A DNA stretch of 64,000 nt, from positions 140,182,001-140,246,000 of the forward strand of contig CM097882.1 in NCBI GenBank assembly GCA_044892505.1, written 5' to 3'. This stretch comes from Schmidtea nova. Lineage: Eukaryota. This document shows positions 13,087 to 28,218 of the stretch, piece by piece. Within the stretch, counting starts at the first letter, position 1. Each line of letters begins with the position of its first letter. The notes beneath the pieces were generated by a model. That model had not been told where the DNA came from and made no database searches. It saw nothing but the letters and a program-made list of their open reading frames with translations. A program made the translations under genes and the position numbers.

Positions 13087-16000
13087 CATAATTATCTTNN
13101 NNNNNNNNNNNNNNNNNNNNNNNNNNNNNNNNNNNNNNNNNNNNNNNNNNNNNNNNNNNNNNNNNNNNNNNNNNNNNNNNNNNNNNNNNNNNNNNNNNNN
13201 NNNNNNNNNNNNNNNNNNNNNNNNNNNNNNNNTGTCTTTTGTCAAAGGTTTTTTTGTTCAATTTTGTTTTTTTATACTATCGATTAATATTTTGTTTTAT
13301 ATTTATCCTATTTTACAAAATTAATCCAGGACCGAAAAATATTGTCTAATATATATATATATATATTAAAATAATGATTGCCGTAAATCTCGGGCTATAT
13401 GTCGCACCTTTATTCAAGCCGCATCCCGCCTTTTCAGCAAAATAATTAATTTAATCAACATATAAGCCTCTGACTAAGGCTTATTAAATAAAATCTTTGG
13501 AATAATACATCATGTAGGCAGCAGTCTGATTTTTCATTAATAATTATGTAAAAAGTGTCACGTCATTAGTGCGAGATTTACGGTAGTAGTATAGAAAAGA
13601 AATGAAAATATCCATTCCTATAAATGTTCCTATAAACTGTATAAAGCAAATTAACAAAAGAATATATTATCAAGAACCTGCATAGAAAATAATAATTACC
13701 AAAATAAAATATAAAATTTAAACTTCTAAATGACATAGCAAGGCTTAAAAGTCCTTGGACTCTCATAGAAATAATAAAGTTAGAAGAAAGTTTTTTTATT
13801 TTTGAAATCAAACTTATATAAAGGTTATAAATCTAAAATTTGTTTTAATATTTAATTTCAGTCATTCCGCGATATTTAGAAAATGTTTAATGCAAGGAAT
13901 TATTTTATTAACGAATTATTATAAGTGTATTTTGGTTTTTTAATATTAATAAAATTATTCAACAGATTGAAGAAGGATATGGATGTAAGACTTATTTAAA
14001 ACCAACTATATATAACTGGATTAGGGAGGTTTAGTCTACAGAAAAGTGATTTTAATAGTCAAAGAAGAAGAAAACATGTAAAGATTGATGGATAAAACAT
14101 TACAAAACTGAAGGAAGTTTTGGCTAAGAATAGGAAAATTACATAAAATGGAGTCGTCTGTAAAACTAAATGTTTTCAAGCGAACAATACAGCTTACCTT
14201 GGATTAATTGAGAATCAGGAAATTGTGTAACAAGTTCGTTTCACGGTATTTAACCTTCAGTCTGTGCATTTTGGGTCGACTGGACTCCAGTCATTGTAAT
14301 ATGCGACTCAATAGACTGTACACAAAATAAATAGGCCAGGCTAATGGAATTGCATCAACTGTGGTATTACACACGCATTACTAAAAAGGATTTCGAAAAA
14401 AATATGTGAAAATATATATGGGATAAGATTGACCCTTTGCACAGACCATGGAAAATTTACTGTGCACAGACTGAATGCTAACGGTAGAGATGGATGACAA
14501 TTTGCTTGTGTAAAAAACATTTTTCTTTAGCATTGGACAAAGCTTTCTGGTAAATATCATGACGGAGGATGAGACATTTTGGAGTCTATACATATCCCAA
14601 TCTAGCCGGGAATCTAAAAACTGGGCATTACCGGGAAAGAAGCCTGCAAAAATGCTTCATTCAAGTATTTTACATCGAAATTGTGTGATATTGAATGTAT
14701 TTCGGGATGTTAAAGGAGTTTTGAAGGTCTATTTTTCTATCGGAATCATAAATTCAGAGTATTAGACCACCTTGATCAATAAAGTCATGGCCATACAATG
14801 CTAGCATCAAAACAAGGACCTTTATCTGTTCCATGACAAAGCTCCAATTCAAAAATTCTATCGGGCACAGAAAGCGATAACAAAATGTGGCTTGTTGCAG
14901 TTAGACCATCTACCATATAAAACCAAATTTTGCACCAAGTTATTTTTGTGGTTGAAGTATCTGAACAAAAATTTGAAAGGTAAAATATTTGAAGCAAAGC
15001 ATGACTTGTACGTAAATGTATATAAATTTCTTTCGGAGAGGAGACAAGAATTCTTCGAAATAGCTTTCAAATCTATGGTGGACCGTTGAATAAAGTGCAT
15101 CAGCGTTAATTGAACTTACGTGTGTTGAGAAATAAATCCTTCATATGTGTTTTGTTGATAATACTGAATTTGTTTATACTAACTTTATTATTATAAAATG
15201 GTGATTCCTTGGTAGTAGCATTAAGTATTAAATAAATTAATAAATAAGTAACAAAATAAGCCTTTGCTGCAAAAACAATTTTATTAAGTGAGAAAATTGT
15301 TTTTGCAGCAAAGGCTTATTTTGTTACTTATTTTGTTACTTATTTATTATTTTATTTAACTTTATTATTAATTGAACTTTTAAGAATGTTTTTTTCTTAA
15401 AATTAAATTTCAAATAAAGCACAAATAAATAATTGCTTAACCCAATTTATATTTAATATTTTCAGCGAATATATCAAAAAAATTATTTTTTTCTTTTAAA
15501 GAAAAATTTTCAGAACAAATTGTTTTAAGTATTATTTAAAATTTTTTTGTGTACAAAAAGTGAAATTGAATAATGATTACCGTATTTTCCTGGGTATTAG
15601 TCGCACCAACCTAATTTTTCGATTTTTTCTAAAAAATCATTATTTGTTATTTCTTCTGGAAATTTGGCTGGACATTTGTTGGTTTGGTTAGAAAAAAAAT
15701 AAAAATTATCATATTAGTCGCTTCTTTATATTAGTCGCACTTGTATTTTTAACGAAAAAAGTAGCGACTTATACGACGAAAAATACGGTAATTAAAATAT
15801 AAAGCTTCAGAGAATTTTTTTATTATTTTCTTACTCATGACATTTATTTTTGTATCATTCATTAAAACAAATTTATAAAAAAATTGAAAAATATTATAAT
15901 ATTTTCCCTCTAATAGACATCTATTATTTTATTAACGTAAATCGAATTACTTGATGCGTTTAATGCAATTCCATTATTGAGCTTCGAAATCCACCATAAG

Positions 16001-19000
16001 TCCAATCTCGACACTTGGATCTGTGTTCTCACACGTCAACTTATTTCAATATCGGTTTCGTCTACTCCTTCAGTTGACTGTTAAACAATATTACCACCAC
16101 TCCATTTCATTAATCCAACAGTGTGAAATTTTAGTCGAGTTAGAAAAAAAAATTAAACTCGAAAAATATAAATTGAAAATAAATTTATTTCAGTTTTTCA
16201 AAAATATTTAGATGACAATCTATCAGTAATATGTTTAAATTTTATTTTCTAATTTTTATTTATTTTTTGAATTTTAATTTTTGTTTCATTTTTAAATGTA
16301 ACACACTAAATCAGAAAATTTCAATTTATACGATAAATAATATTTCTTCTAATTTTCTTTCTTCTGTATGTGGACAATGCATTTTGTTTAACCATTTTTA
16401 TATTATTTAGACCTTTCGAACGGACCACAGAAGAAGTTGACAACGTTTTTAGAATCCTTAAGACTATCAATACATTATCAAATCAAGTAGAAGATGAAAT
16501 GCTTAAGTTACTAAGCAATATTATACTTTATGAACTAATTGAAGAACCCGGAGTTACTGTTCTTGGCAACAAAGGATTTCACATAATTCTTAATGGCAGC
16601 ATTAGACCAATAACTATTCCACATGTTAGATTGATAGGTGAACCTATAGACAGATTCATTCAACCGAAAAATGTTCAAGAAATCTATTCAAATGTAATTT
16701 ATTTTATTGCTAACAAAGTTTTTAAATGAGGAATGAACCCAAAGTTCTCAAAGTTTGAAGACAAAAAATTATTATAAAAAAAGTTTTGTTTTATCTTATA
16801 ATAAAACTAATTGATTTACATTTTCTATGACGGTATTATCAAACTTGATTAAAATTTATCAAATTTTAAATTGAAATAATTGTTTTTTGCTTTATATTTA
16901 ATTTGTTCATTTTATTCAATCCAAACATTCGGCATGGATTTTTTAAAGTGTTTGTTTTAATAAAAAATTTAAAATTTGTTAAAGAAAAATATTTAATTTA
17001 TTGTGTCCAAAAAAATTGAAAAAAGAAAAAATATCAAAAGAATATTAAAAAAGAAAATATCAAAATTAACGGAAAAAATCAATAATTTCCATAATGGTAA
17101 GATTATAGATCAAAAATATTTTTAACAAGTACTTGTTAAAAAAATTGTTAAATCAAACCTATGGCCAAAATTTGTTTGTGAAAAATATTTTATTTATTGT
17201 GTTCGAAAAACTTGAAAAAAATGGCAAAAATTTCAATAAAAAGAAAAATATCAAAAAATTAAAATTAACGAAAATTATCAATAATTTCCATAATAGTAAG
17301 ACTATAGATCAAAATTTCTTTTTAACAAGTACTTGTTAAAAAAAATTGTTCAAAAAAATGCAGTGCCCAAAATTTGTTTGTGAAAAATATTAAATTTATT
17401 GTGTCGAAAAAAATTGAAAAAATATCAAATAAAAAAGAAAAATTTCAAAAAATATCAAAATTAACTAAAATTATCAATAAATTTCATAATAGTAAGACTA
17501 TAGATCAAAATTTCTTTTTAACAAGTACTTGTTAAAAAAAGCAGTGCCCAAAATTTGTTTGTGAAAAATATTTAATTTATTGTGTCCAAAGAAATTGAAA
17601 AATTATCAGAAAATCAAAATTAACGAAAATTATCAATAATTTCCATAATGGCAAAACTATAGAAATTATTGATATAAATAAGAAAAGATCAAAGGTGAAA
17701 CAAAAAGATAATATTTTTTTGAAACAACTACAGCTATTATTTATGTATTTTTGTAAAATAAATAACAGTTTTTAAAATTATACTGAGTAAAAGATGACAA
17801 ATTAAGCATGATTCACTACTAAGAAAAATCGATTTTCAGATAAAATTGAAATAAAAATGACATTTTGTCGATTCAAAATAAAAGTTATATGTAAATATTT
17901 GATTTAATATAACGATTTACAAACATACGCTCAGATCTTCTAAGCTCTGTGATTATGAAATAATAAATAAATGTTTATATTTGTTTAAAAAAAGTGAAAT
18001 TGCATCTGTTAGAATATTTAAGACAATTTACTGATGGTTACTACGAGAAATTCTTTTACTAACTAATGAATTAAAACAAGTTAAGCTCTTAATTATATAT
18101 TTTGCCCTTTGTAAGCTCTGTATGTTTTTAACTCCAAAGACTCGCATTTCTAATGCTATGAAATAAGTGCGCATATCAAATTATAATTAATTATACACTT
18201 AGGACAAATGAGGTATTTATTATTGTTTCTTCAGACATATCCTAAAATATAAATTTGATAATATATTAATCACTGTGAGTGACGATTTATCTCTTGAGAC
18301 TCACGAATGAAAATATCAACTAATATTTGAATGATATTTGAGTTTTTTAATTATTACTTATTTTATATAATAAATATATTTAAAAATAATTTTCTTTTTT
18401 TAATTTTTATTGAACCGAAGGAAAATAATATATTATATATTATATAAATAAACTATTAAATAAAAATGGCAATTTATTCAAATAAATAAAAGAACATCAT
18501 TTTTCAAAAATATTATTGCAATATATTGTTACAGCTCAGCTGTCACATCAGGCTTTACACAATTTCAATAAAATAAATATGTGCATAACATGTGCACAAT
18601 CCAATAAAACTTTAATTAACCCTAGTAAAATTAATTAAAAACTCACAAAAATGAATGTAGATATTGAATTTTGTATGGTTATTTTAGGATTAAATGATGT
18701 TATCATCAAAGTGCACGTTCATAATAATTGTTAAAAGCCCTTTACAAAATTTTTAAATGGCAAATATCAATGCTCTTCTCGCATGTCTTATTATGCTCAA
18801 TAATATTAGTATTTCCGCTCTTTCTAGCATGCTCTTGAACTCGGGTGCAAAGATGACAGGCAGTCTCTTAAATGTATGTGACATTACACCCATTACAAGT
18901 AAAACGATATTCGAGATTAGAACACAGACCAAATGGCGTCACTGATTTATCACTGAACAATTATATATTCAATTTAATTGACTTTTTTAATTTTCAAAAT

Positions 19001-22000
19001 AAATTGAAAACAAAATGTTTTCAATGTAAATCAATGATTTTATTTCCCATCAATTTTCAGAACGGCCTTTATCAAGTATTATTGAGTATTATATTAGTTT
19101 TGTATTTAACAAATAATCACATTTGTATAAAAATATTTTAGATATAAAAAATAAAGTTAGTATTATGAGTACCGGAAAATAATCAATTATTATTTAACAA
19201 CTTTTTAAGCACTTATTTTATTAGAAAAACTACATATTTATTAATTATGCTATTTCCACCATTATTTTTAATGATTTTTCAACTTCTTGAAGTTTTCCAA
19301 TTTCATTTTTTTTAATTTCATCTTTCGACGCAAAAAACTTTTATGCTCAGAATTTTTATGCTCAAAATAGCTGAATGTCATGTTTTTCCAATTGTGTTCC
19401 AGAAAGCGGAAAAGATGATAATTTGAAGAAGCAATGTCATGTAAATACGGAGAATGTAAAATAATTTCTTAGTACATGTGCACCATGTTTTATTGAGTCA
19501 TTCTAGTTGTATGCGGTCTTGCGTTATTTTTTTGTAAGATTATCCCCTTCCAACTGAGAAATGCTGACGGCAAAGATGTCAAAGCCAGATTGTTTATAAT
19601 AATGTCTATTGTAATAGTCTGACAAGGTTGCGACAATCCCACCAACCCCTTAAAAGAACCTTCTTTTAGTGTAGTCCAGATTTAATTGTCGGAATAGGCG
19701 TTTTCGGGAAAAATCCATTATTTTTTCGTTTAATATTTGAATAGAGAACACATTTTCATTTTTTGGTTCATGTATTTTGTCCTGTGAACAAATCATTACA
19801 AATTGTTCATCGCTGTGCTTTCTTGTTTTAGGAAAGATTATGAGGAAGCCAAATACCATAATTGAAATTTGTAAGCATAAAATCATAAAAGATTTTAATT
19901 TTTGAGTAATTTTTTTGGTATAAAATAACTTACATAATTAAGTCAAAAATACATAAAAGTATTATAAACCTGTTGCCTAAATGTATTTTTAATATTTTCA
20001 AATAAAGATATTTCTGGAAAAACATCAACGTTTACTTTTCTACAACTATAAATTCAACATTTTAACCCTAAAATACTCGGGAATGGGTCGTTTCCACCAA
20101 AGTATTATCAATAAATCAGCGCCGTACTATCGCAATGGCAACAAGTTTCGAGGAGCCCCTAAATAGTAAATACATTTGAAAAACTTCTCCAATAGAAAAA
20201 AACATACCAGAAATTGAAAGAAAAAAACAAAGGTGAAAAAATTTGGAAGAATTATATGCAAACGTATATATTGTATATCGAATAATTTTAACAATACCCA
20301 TTATCGTTGCTCATTGTGAACGATCGTTTTCAAAACTAAAATTAATTGAAAATTCTCTACGGGCTACAATGTCACATGAAAGACTTTCTGGATTAGCAAT
20401 GATGTCGATTGAAAATGCAACAGCCAGAACAATTCATTACAATGATATAATTAATGAATTTGCCAGCAAAATAGCTACAAAAATTGCTTTATAATAATTT
20501 TTTTAAATTAAAATCAATAAAAATGAATTCAATAAAGTAAATATTTTTTAGTGTCTGCACGTGTCTCCAAAAGTTACATCACGGCGCTGCTAATAATATT
20601 AATCAATATTTTCGTGTTTGTGTTCTGCAGGGTTTGTCGTGAAATAGTTCTTAAATTGCGATACTAAATGGAAATTTTCATATTTTTTATATTATTTTCA
20701 TAATTGTCAATTTTTGTTAGCTGAAACAAGGAGAATGCTTTGGAACACTTGACGAAATAAATAAAGATGACGAAAACAGTTCTAAGTATCTGCTTTCAGA
20801 GACGACTGAACCAACTGAATTATTGTTTATCACAACTTCTTATTATAGAAAGGTTTTAGAGGTAATTTTTACAATGATAACACCTTAAAAAGCTTAATTT
20901 GATAGTAAAATCAAAATTATGGGGATTTACATATACCAGCGAGACCTTTACATTTAATATTTTTAATATCTATTTTAACCTTTAACATTCTATGATTAGT
21001 GGCATGCTACTACTTTTTTTACATGTAGTACTCAATCATCTATGGTCAGTATATTAACCTCACCTTCAAGACCTTGGTATTATTTTTGAATTTCTATTTA
21101 ATTTCAATCATGTTTAAATATAAAAATTTTGAAAAAATCTAAAAATTTGTTTTATCTTTTAAGAAATAATATTATTTCAATAATTTTATGTTAATTTAAT
21201 TTTAATAGTTTGACCTAAGAAAATATTAAACAATTAATTAAGCTTTAATTAAATTTGATGTTAACTGTAGAAAAACAATCAATTTAATATAAGCTGGATA
21301 AAAATAAAATATATTCGACATTGACGGCATCTTTGACAGTCTAGCCCGTTGATTTTGATTGATTTTGCTGGGATTCGGCATTGTTTGCACATTACACATA
21401 TTGTGTTTGGGATTCGATGTTTTTTGGTTGAATTCTTTATTGGTTTCACTCTGTATAAACGATTGCGGATTCTCATTATAATCCATTAGACCGACATCAG
21501 AAAATTCATTAACCTGACTCGTATTGCAGCCACTGAAAATCGCAGACTCATTAAAAATGTTTAAGAACGAGAAATATTGGGGATTGTTTTGAAATTGTTG
21601 GAGTAAATGAGAATTTGCCATTCCAAGCGGAGTGCATTACTGAGATGAAGATAAAAGAATATCCGTATTCAATGACTGATGATTGTTACTGACACAATCG
21701 ATAGTTTTTAAGTATTCGATTCAGATAGCTTCTCGGTATTTCCACAGATCTCTGATTCGTCACAACGTTTGGATTTGAAAATATTTCATTTAACTTCTTT
21801 TATGATTTTGAAGTGAAAATAGTGAGCTCTTCTTTTGAAAAAGTAAAAACAAGGAAGGTTTTTGATAATTTAAAACAAAAAGGAAAAAATGTTTATTTAA
21901 TATCATACTAAATTAATAATTTAATTATTAAATTAATGTCATAATTAAATCCGAGGCACTACAGACATTAATTCAGACATATAAAATTAACATGATTAAA

Positions 22001-25000
22001 TTAAGATAAAGTATTATAAACACATTGCTTGTTATAGAAAGTTTAAATTTTTTATCGAAACCAAATAAACAAACTAAACTCGAGTATTGTCCGTTCCAGG
22101 ACCGGACGAATCAGGCTGCGGAGTGACACAACACATCCTGGGCCATGTTGAGCATGCAATGTGTTAAATTAGAAATTANNNNNNNNNNNNNNNNNNNNNN
22201 NNNNNNNNNNNNNNNNNNNNNNNNNNNNNNNNNNNNNNNNNNNNNNNNNNNNNNNNNNNNNNNNNNNNNNNNNNNNNNNNNNNNNNNNNNNNNNNNNNNN
22301 NNNNNNNNNNNNNNNNNNNNNNNATTCTAAAAATATTTAAAGTTATTGTTTACAAAATATTGAAAATATGAACTTTAAAACTTAGAAAAGATTTTAAATT
22401 TAAAATAAAAAATATTTTTAAATTGAAAAATTGAAAATAAAAAAATGTAGATGGTAAATTTATTTAATAGCAATATAAATGAAAACTGAGTTTAATTTTT
22501 AGTTAATAAGTTTATCGAATAAATTTTATGAATTTATTTAGGGACTTTTAAGTGATTTCTAAAGTGAATTACTTATAAAGTTTCAAAGAATGAAAGTCCT
22601 AATATGGTGAATACAAACACAATCACCGAAATATTACCGCCAAAGGTGTTTTGCCGAGGTAAGGACTTGTAGAAGTTTATTAAAAGATGTGAGATCTATT
22701 TATATGCTAAGGTGATCACACATAAGAGAGAACAAAAAAAATTAATAGCATGCATGATTAATGAGGATCTATTGAAAACATATGTAAAAATACTTTAAAA
22801 AGCAGAAGTACGAATAAAAATTGATTACGAAAGAGATATAATAAAGGATTTGCAAAATTTATTGAATTATAAGCGAAAAGGCGAAAAAATTAAGATATAC
22901 TTTAAAAAGGTGGATGACCTTGTGGACAGGTGATTCAAGAATGAAGAATTCACCAACGATAAAGTAACAACAAAGATGTTGATAGTTTGTAAATAAAGAA
23001 GTGGCGAAAGAAGTAATACTGCAGAAGATAAAACCATATCTTTAACCATTAAATTTGGAAACAAAGATTGAAGGAGCAATACAGAATTTGTACGAAAACG
23101 GTATTATACGGAAATGCAATAACTCACGGAACATGTCGTTAATATGTGTATGGAAAAAAAAGAGAAAAAGGATATAAGGTTATGATTGGATTGCAGACGG
23201 CTGAACGCAATAACAGAGAGGCAGGCATTCCCAATTCCAAATATAGACGAGATGTGGGATTTGTTAGTAAGAGCCATTTTTTTCAGCTCAATCGACCTAG
23301 ATAATGAATATTATCAAGTTGAATTAGACGAAGCATCGCATGAGAAAACAGGCTTCTAAACAAAGGACGGGCAATACTGTTTCAATAGAATGCTGTTTGG
23401 AATTGTAGCAGCACCAGTTACGTTCCAGGAATAATGATGACAAAGGCAATAAACGATATAAATGGGGCAATGATGTATTTGGATGATATAATGATTTATT
23501 CGAGCAATAAAAAATATAGTGTAATATTTGGGGAAGTTTTAAAGGCGATCGAGGAAGCAGGACTAAAGATTAACCCAGAAAAGTGTCAAATAATACAGAA
23601 AGAAATCAGATTCTTAGGACACATAATCAGCAAAGAAGGGGTACAGACAGATCTTTCTAAGATTGAGGCCATACAAAATTTTGGGAAGCCAAGTTGCAAT
23701 ATGAAACCACGATGCTTTTTTAAGCATTTGTAATTTTACTGAAGATTCATCAGCCAGTATACAAAGAAAGTCAGGATGTTAGAAAAATTTTGTAGCGGCC
23801 CGAGTAACAAAAAATTGTAATGAACGGATAAAACGAATAGCATGTTTGGGGGAGTGAAGGTAACACTTACGACGCCACCTATCCTATTTTTTCCGGATCT
23901 GAGAAAGGAGTTCATGTAACATACAGATGCCAGTTTTGATGCCATTAGAGCGGTAATTTCACAAAGAGATAAAAATTGAAAGGAGAGAGTAATTGGTATG
24001 GATCCAAATCGATGACGAACCATGACCAAGGGTATTGCATAACAAGGAAGGAACTATTGACGGTATACTACTTTTGCATTCATTTTAAGCACTATCTTTA
24101 CGGAAACAGATTTACACTCGAGATAGACAACAAAGTGATCGCGTTTATAAAGACAAAGAAGAAGCCAATTACTTCACAATTCCAAACATGGATCAATTAT
24201 TTAAACAGTTTAAATATGGTTGTAGAATACAGAAAGGTTGTTAATCACCAAAATGCAAACATGGTATCGAGAACTAAATGTAACATGTGTAGTCATTGCC
24301 AAATGACCCACGAAGAAGCTAATAAATGGAAAATATAAACTAGACTATTAGACTCGGTCGAAAAAGAAGGAAGAATCATAAGTTAACAAAGAAACTTGAA
24401 AGAAGTACAAAAGAAACCGATGATACTTGAAAACGAGATACAAGAAACTATAAAGGAAATACACGGACTATTGTGTCATGTTGGAGTCGAGAAGATAGTT
24501 GATTATATGAAAGATAGATATTTTGGAAAACACTTGTGGAGTCAGATTCAGGAAATTGTTCGAAGTTAGGAGTTATAACAATAAGAGCCAATATAATAAC
24601 AATAACAGCCAAGAAACAGTAAGGAAACTATAATCAACCAACATTTTCGAAATTATATTTGTGGATATATGTTGATCAATACAAGAAACCAAAGGACGTA
24701 GGATGTATATATTGGGCATAATAGATCAGTATAGTATGTATCAAATCTTGACAACCATAATAAAACAATACGAGAAAATGATAAGTAAAACGATTATTGG
24801 AAAATGAATTTTAAGATTTAGTTACCCAAAAGAGATTACGGAAAGGTGTTTAAATCAAGAATGATGAGGGAATTCTCAAAGAAGCTAGATATTAAGCTAT
24901 GTTTCTCGAGTCCATACTATTACCAAACAAATGAACAGATAGAAAGACAATTCAAAACAATCCCGAGAAATGATAGATGCTACTTTACAGGACAGAAGGA

Positions 25001-25795
25001 AGACGGATTAGGCAGAGATACTCCCAGAAGTCGAATTCACATTAAATACAATCAAACAAAAAAAGACCGTAGAGAAACAGATGAATTTTAAGATTTAGTT
25101 ACCCAAAAGAGATTACGGAAAGGTGTTTAAATCAAGAATGATGAGGGAATTCTCAAAGAAGCTAGATATTAAGCTATGTTTCTCGAGTCCATACTATTAC
25201 CAAACAAATGAACAGATAGAAAGACAATTCAAAACAATCCCGAGAAATGATAGATGCTACTTTACAGGACAGAAGGAAGACGGATTAGGCAGAGATACTC
25301 CCAGAAGTCGAATTCACATTAAATACAATCAAACAAAAAAAGACCGTAGAGAAACAGATGAATTTTAAGATTTAGTTACCCAAAAGAGATTACGGAAAGG
25401 TGTTTAAATCAAGAATGATGAGGGAATTCTCAAAGAAGCTAGATATTAAGCTATGTTTCTCGAGTCCATACTATTACCAAACAAATGAACAGATAGAAAG
25501 ACAATTCAAAACAATCCCGAGAAATGATAGATGCTACTTTACAGGACAGAAGGAAGACGGATTAGGCAGAGATACTCCCAGAAGTCGAATTCACATTAAA
25601 TACAATCAAACAAAAAAAGACCGTAGAGAAACAGATAAAAGAAGAACTGGAAGAACAAAGGAGGAAATTCAATGCCGTAGAAGACCTGTAAATTAGTTTA
25701 AATAGCATAACAAATGAAAACGATTTTAATATTATTGAAAACATTTTATGGATTTATTTAGTGACTCGCAAATCAATTGTAAAGTTTCAATGGAT

Positions 25796-25871
<76 letters not shown>

Positions 25872-28159
25872 TATTAATGATTTCTATAATGATGAGACAA
25901 TAGATCTGAATTTTATTTTAAAAAAGTACACAATATTTCGGCACAGCCTTTATCAACACTTGATAAAGGCTGTACCGAAATATTGTGTACTTTTTTTATA
26001 AAAATATTTTGATCTATATTCTTACCATTATGGAAATTATTGATATAAATGCAAAGAGATCAAAGGTGAAGCAAAAAGATAATTATTATAATATATAGTC
26101 ATTAATAAAGTTATATTTTTTTTAATTTTAAAGTATATTGAAATTTTTTAAATGCCTTAGAAATACAATACTCAAAAGCATGCTGACAAATTGATATTGC
26201 TTAAAAAGCAAGAGTCATTTACAATTTGGCCCCATCAAGCCTTAGTTAAAGCCGCAAATATATTTACATGGACAGTGATTCCAGCTAACACTCTGATCTG
26301 TAAGGAAGGAGAGATATCTTCAATTATAGCATTCATTCAAAACGGTTCATGTTATGTATTGAGAAAATTAGATGTAAAAGAAACTAAACCTAATGGAAAA
26401 GTAATTGTTAAAACAACCCAAGTTATTGTAGGAGTTATTGAAAGCTTTAAATCAATCGGAGAAATAAGTCTTCTCGATCAAAGTCCAATGAAACATTCAA
26501 TACTGTCGAAAGAAAGTATGAGGGTAATAATATCCGATGAAAGCAAGTTTCAAAATCTTGATGAAGATGTAAGGTCACTGTTACGTCAAAGTTGTTCACC
26601 AGAGTTTTATCGTATAACAAGAGTAAGTATTTTGTATTTGCGTTAAATGAAGTTTCTGATAGTTTTATAGCCTTGTAAGTAATTAGTTACTGGAGACTAT
26701 AGCTCTAAGTAATATCTAATGTATTTATATACGACATGTAGAAATATTATTAATCGTCTTCACATTTGATTTATTTTGTAATTTCGTTTATTTTCAATTA
26801 TTGTTTTCATTTTATCTTTTTAACAAAAATCTTTAGCAGTGTCAATTTCAAGTGTTATTTAAATAACACTCAAAAAAGGCAGTGACGAAAATTCGTGAAA
26901 CAAAATGATAATATATTTTTTTAAATTGTTTCAAATGTTTTATTGAAAATACGACATAACTTTCCTTCCAACATAATATTATAGTAAATAAATAAGGATT
27001 ACTCACAATGCTTTACAAAATATAGATCATATTTTTCAGAATTTAACCTTTTTCGTAGTGATTCTCAAAGAAACACTGCTTTAATAGTATTTAAATTTTT
27101 ATCTTTCAGCTATCTTTTCAAAAAATTAGAGCAATTATTACTTAAGTTTCACTTTATGAACAAGAAATTGATTCTTTATTATCTTGTAAAATTATTTACA
27201 TTTATTTTTTTTCATTTTTTATATCTTTTCTACTTTCAAAAGATTCAAATTCATTATATATTCATTCAAATTAATTTTATATACCACACTCACTTGTTAC
27301 CAAATCACAGACATGTAACTCTACTGGAATACGACAACTTATTTACAACGCTTCAATAAATAGAATAAACATGTGTTTTACTCGACTTCGCCATGGTTGT
27401 ATTGAACTTGCAAACACTGACACTGAAAAACAAATATTATAGTGGTAATTTTGCGCTAACATTCGATCATTTATATGTCGTTATTATGATTTTGCTTTGA
27501 TGCTAGCTAATATAGAAAAGTTGAAATATTGCCGTAAAACTTACGTCATGTTTAGCCACAAAACATCTACTAATTTTCATCTTTTGGAAAGGGTTTGTAA
27601 CAGATAGTTTTATAGTATAGAAAAAAGATCAAATTTGTGTGCTATGTAAATAACTATTTTGATTTATAATATTTATATAAAAATGAAAATTTCTAAAATC
27701 TTGTAAAATTCCATATTTTTCTCAAAATTGAAGATGGCTTTATTCTATGATTATTTGTTACATTTGTGTTATCATTTCAATATATTTATATATAATACAA
27801 TAAAAAATTTAAAAACTTTTTTTTAAGAAAAATAAGAAATTTAAGACTAGTCATTATTAAATTATATTTTATCTAGACAAAAGATGAAAAAATAATTTTT
27901 TCTCTTCCTTGAAAAAATGAAAAAGATATGGAAACAAGATCAAAGGTGAAGAAAATTAAAAATTTTAATTAAAAATTTTTCTAGAGATTTCTAAGATTTG
28001 TGATATCAATAAATTCTAAAATAATGCTGAGAATCTCTTATATAAGTATTTCTTATAGATATTTTCGTTTTTACCTAGAAACACATGAAAAGGGTTGTAC
28101 CGAAAATTCGTGTTATAAAGGAAATTTTCTTTTATCTGTTGTCTTAAAAATGAAAATTT

Positions 28160-28218
<59 letters not shown>

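Noticed and set aside
12956-13287. ORFs with poly-IY and X runs (also 28000, 41733, 43886-44585, 45724-46098)
   Set aside because: Artefacts of (TA)n tracts and N gaps.
22087-22125. Canonical hammerhead (GTCC...GGAC GAAT)
   Set aside because: Neither strand has both an intact CUGANGA and GAAA; the segment is the start of a Gypsy LTR.
24846-25696. Three-gene tandem family (81, 81, 98 aa)
   Set aside because: Frameshifted integrase pieces repeated by the 277-bp triplication.
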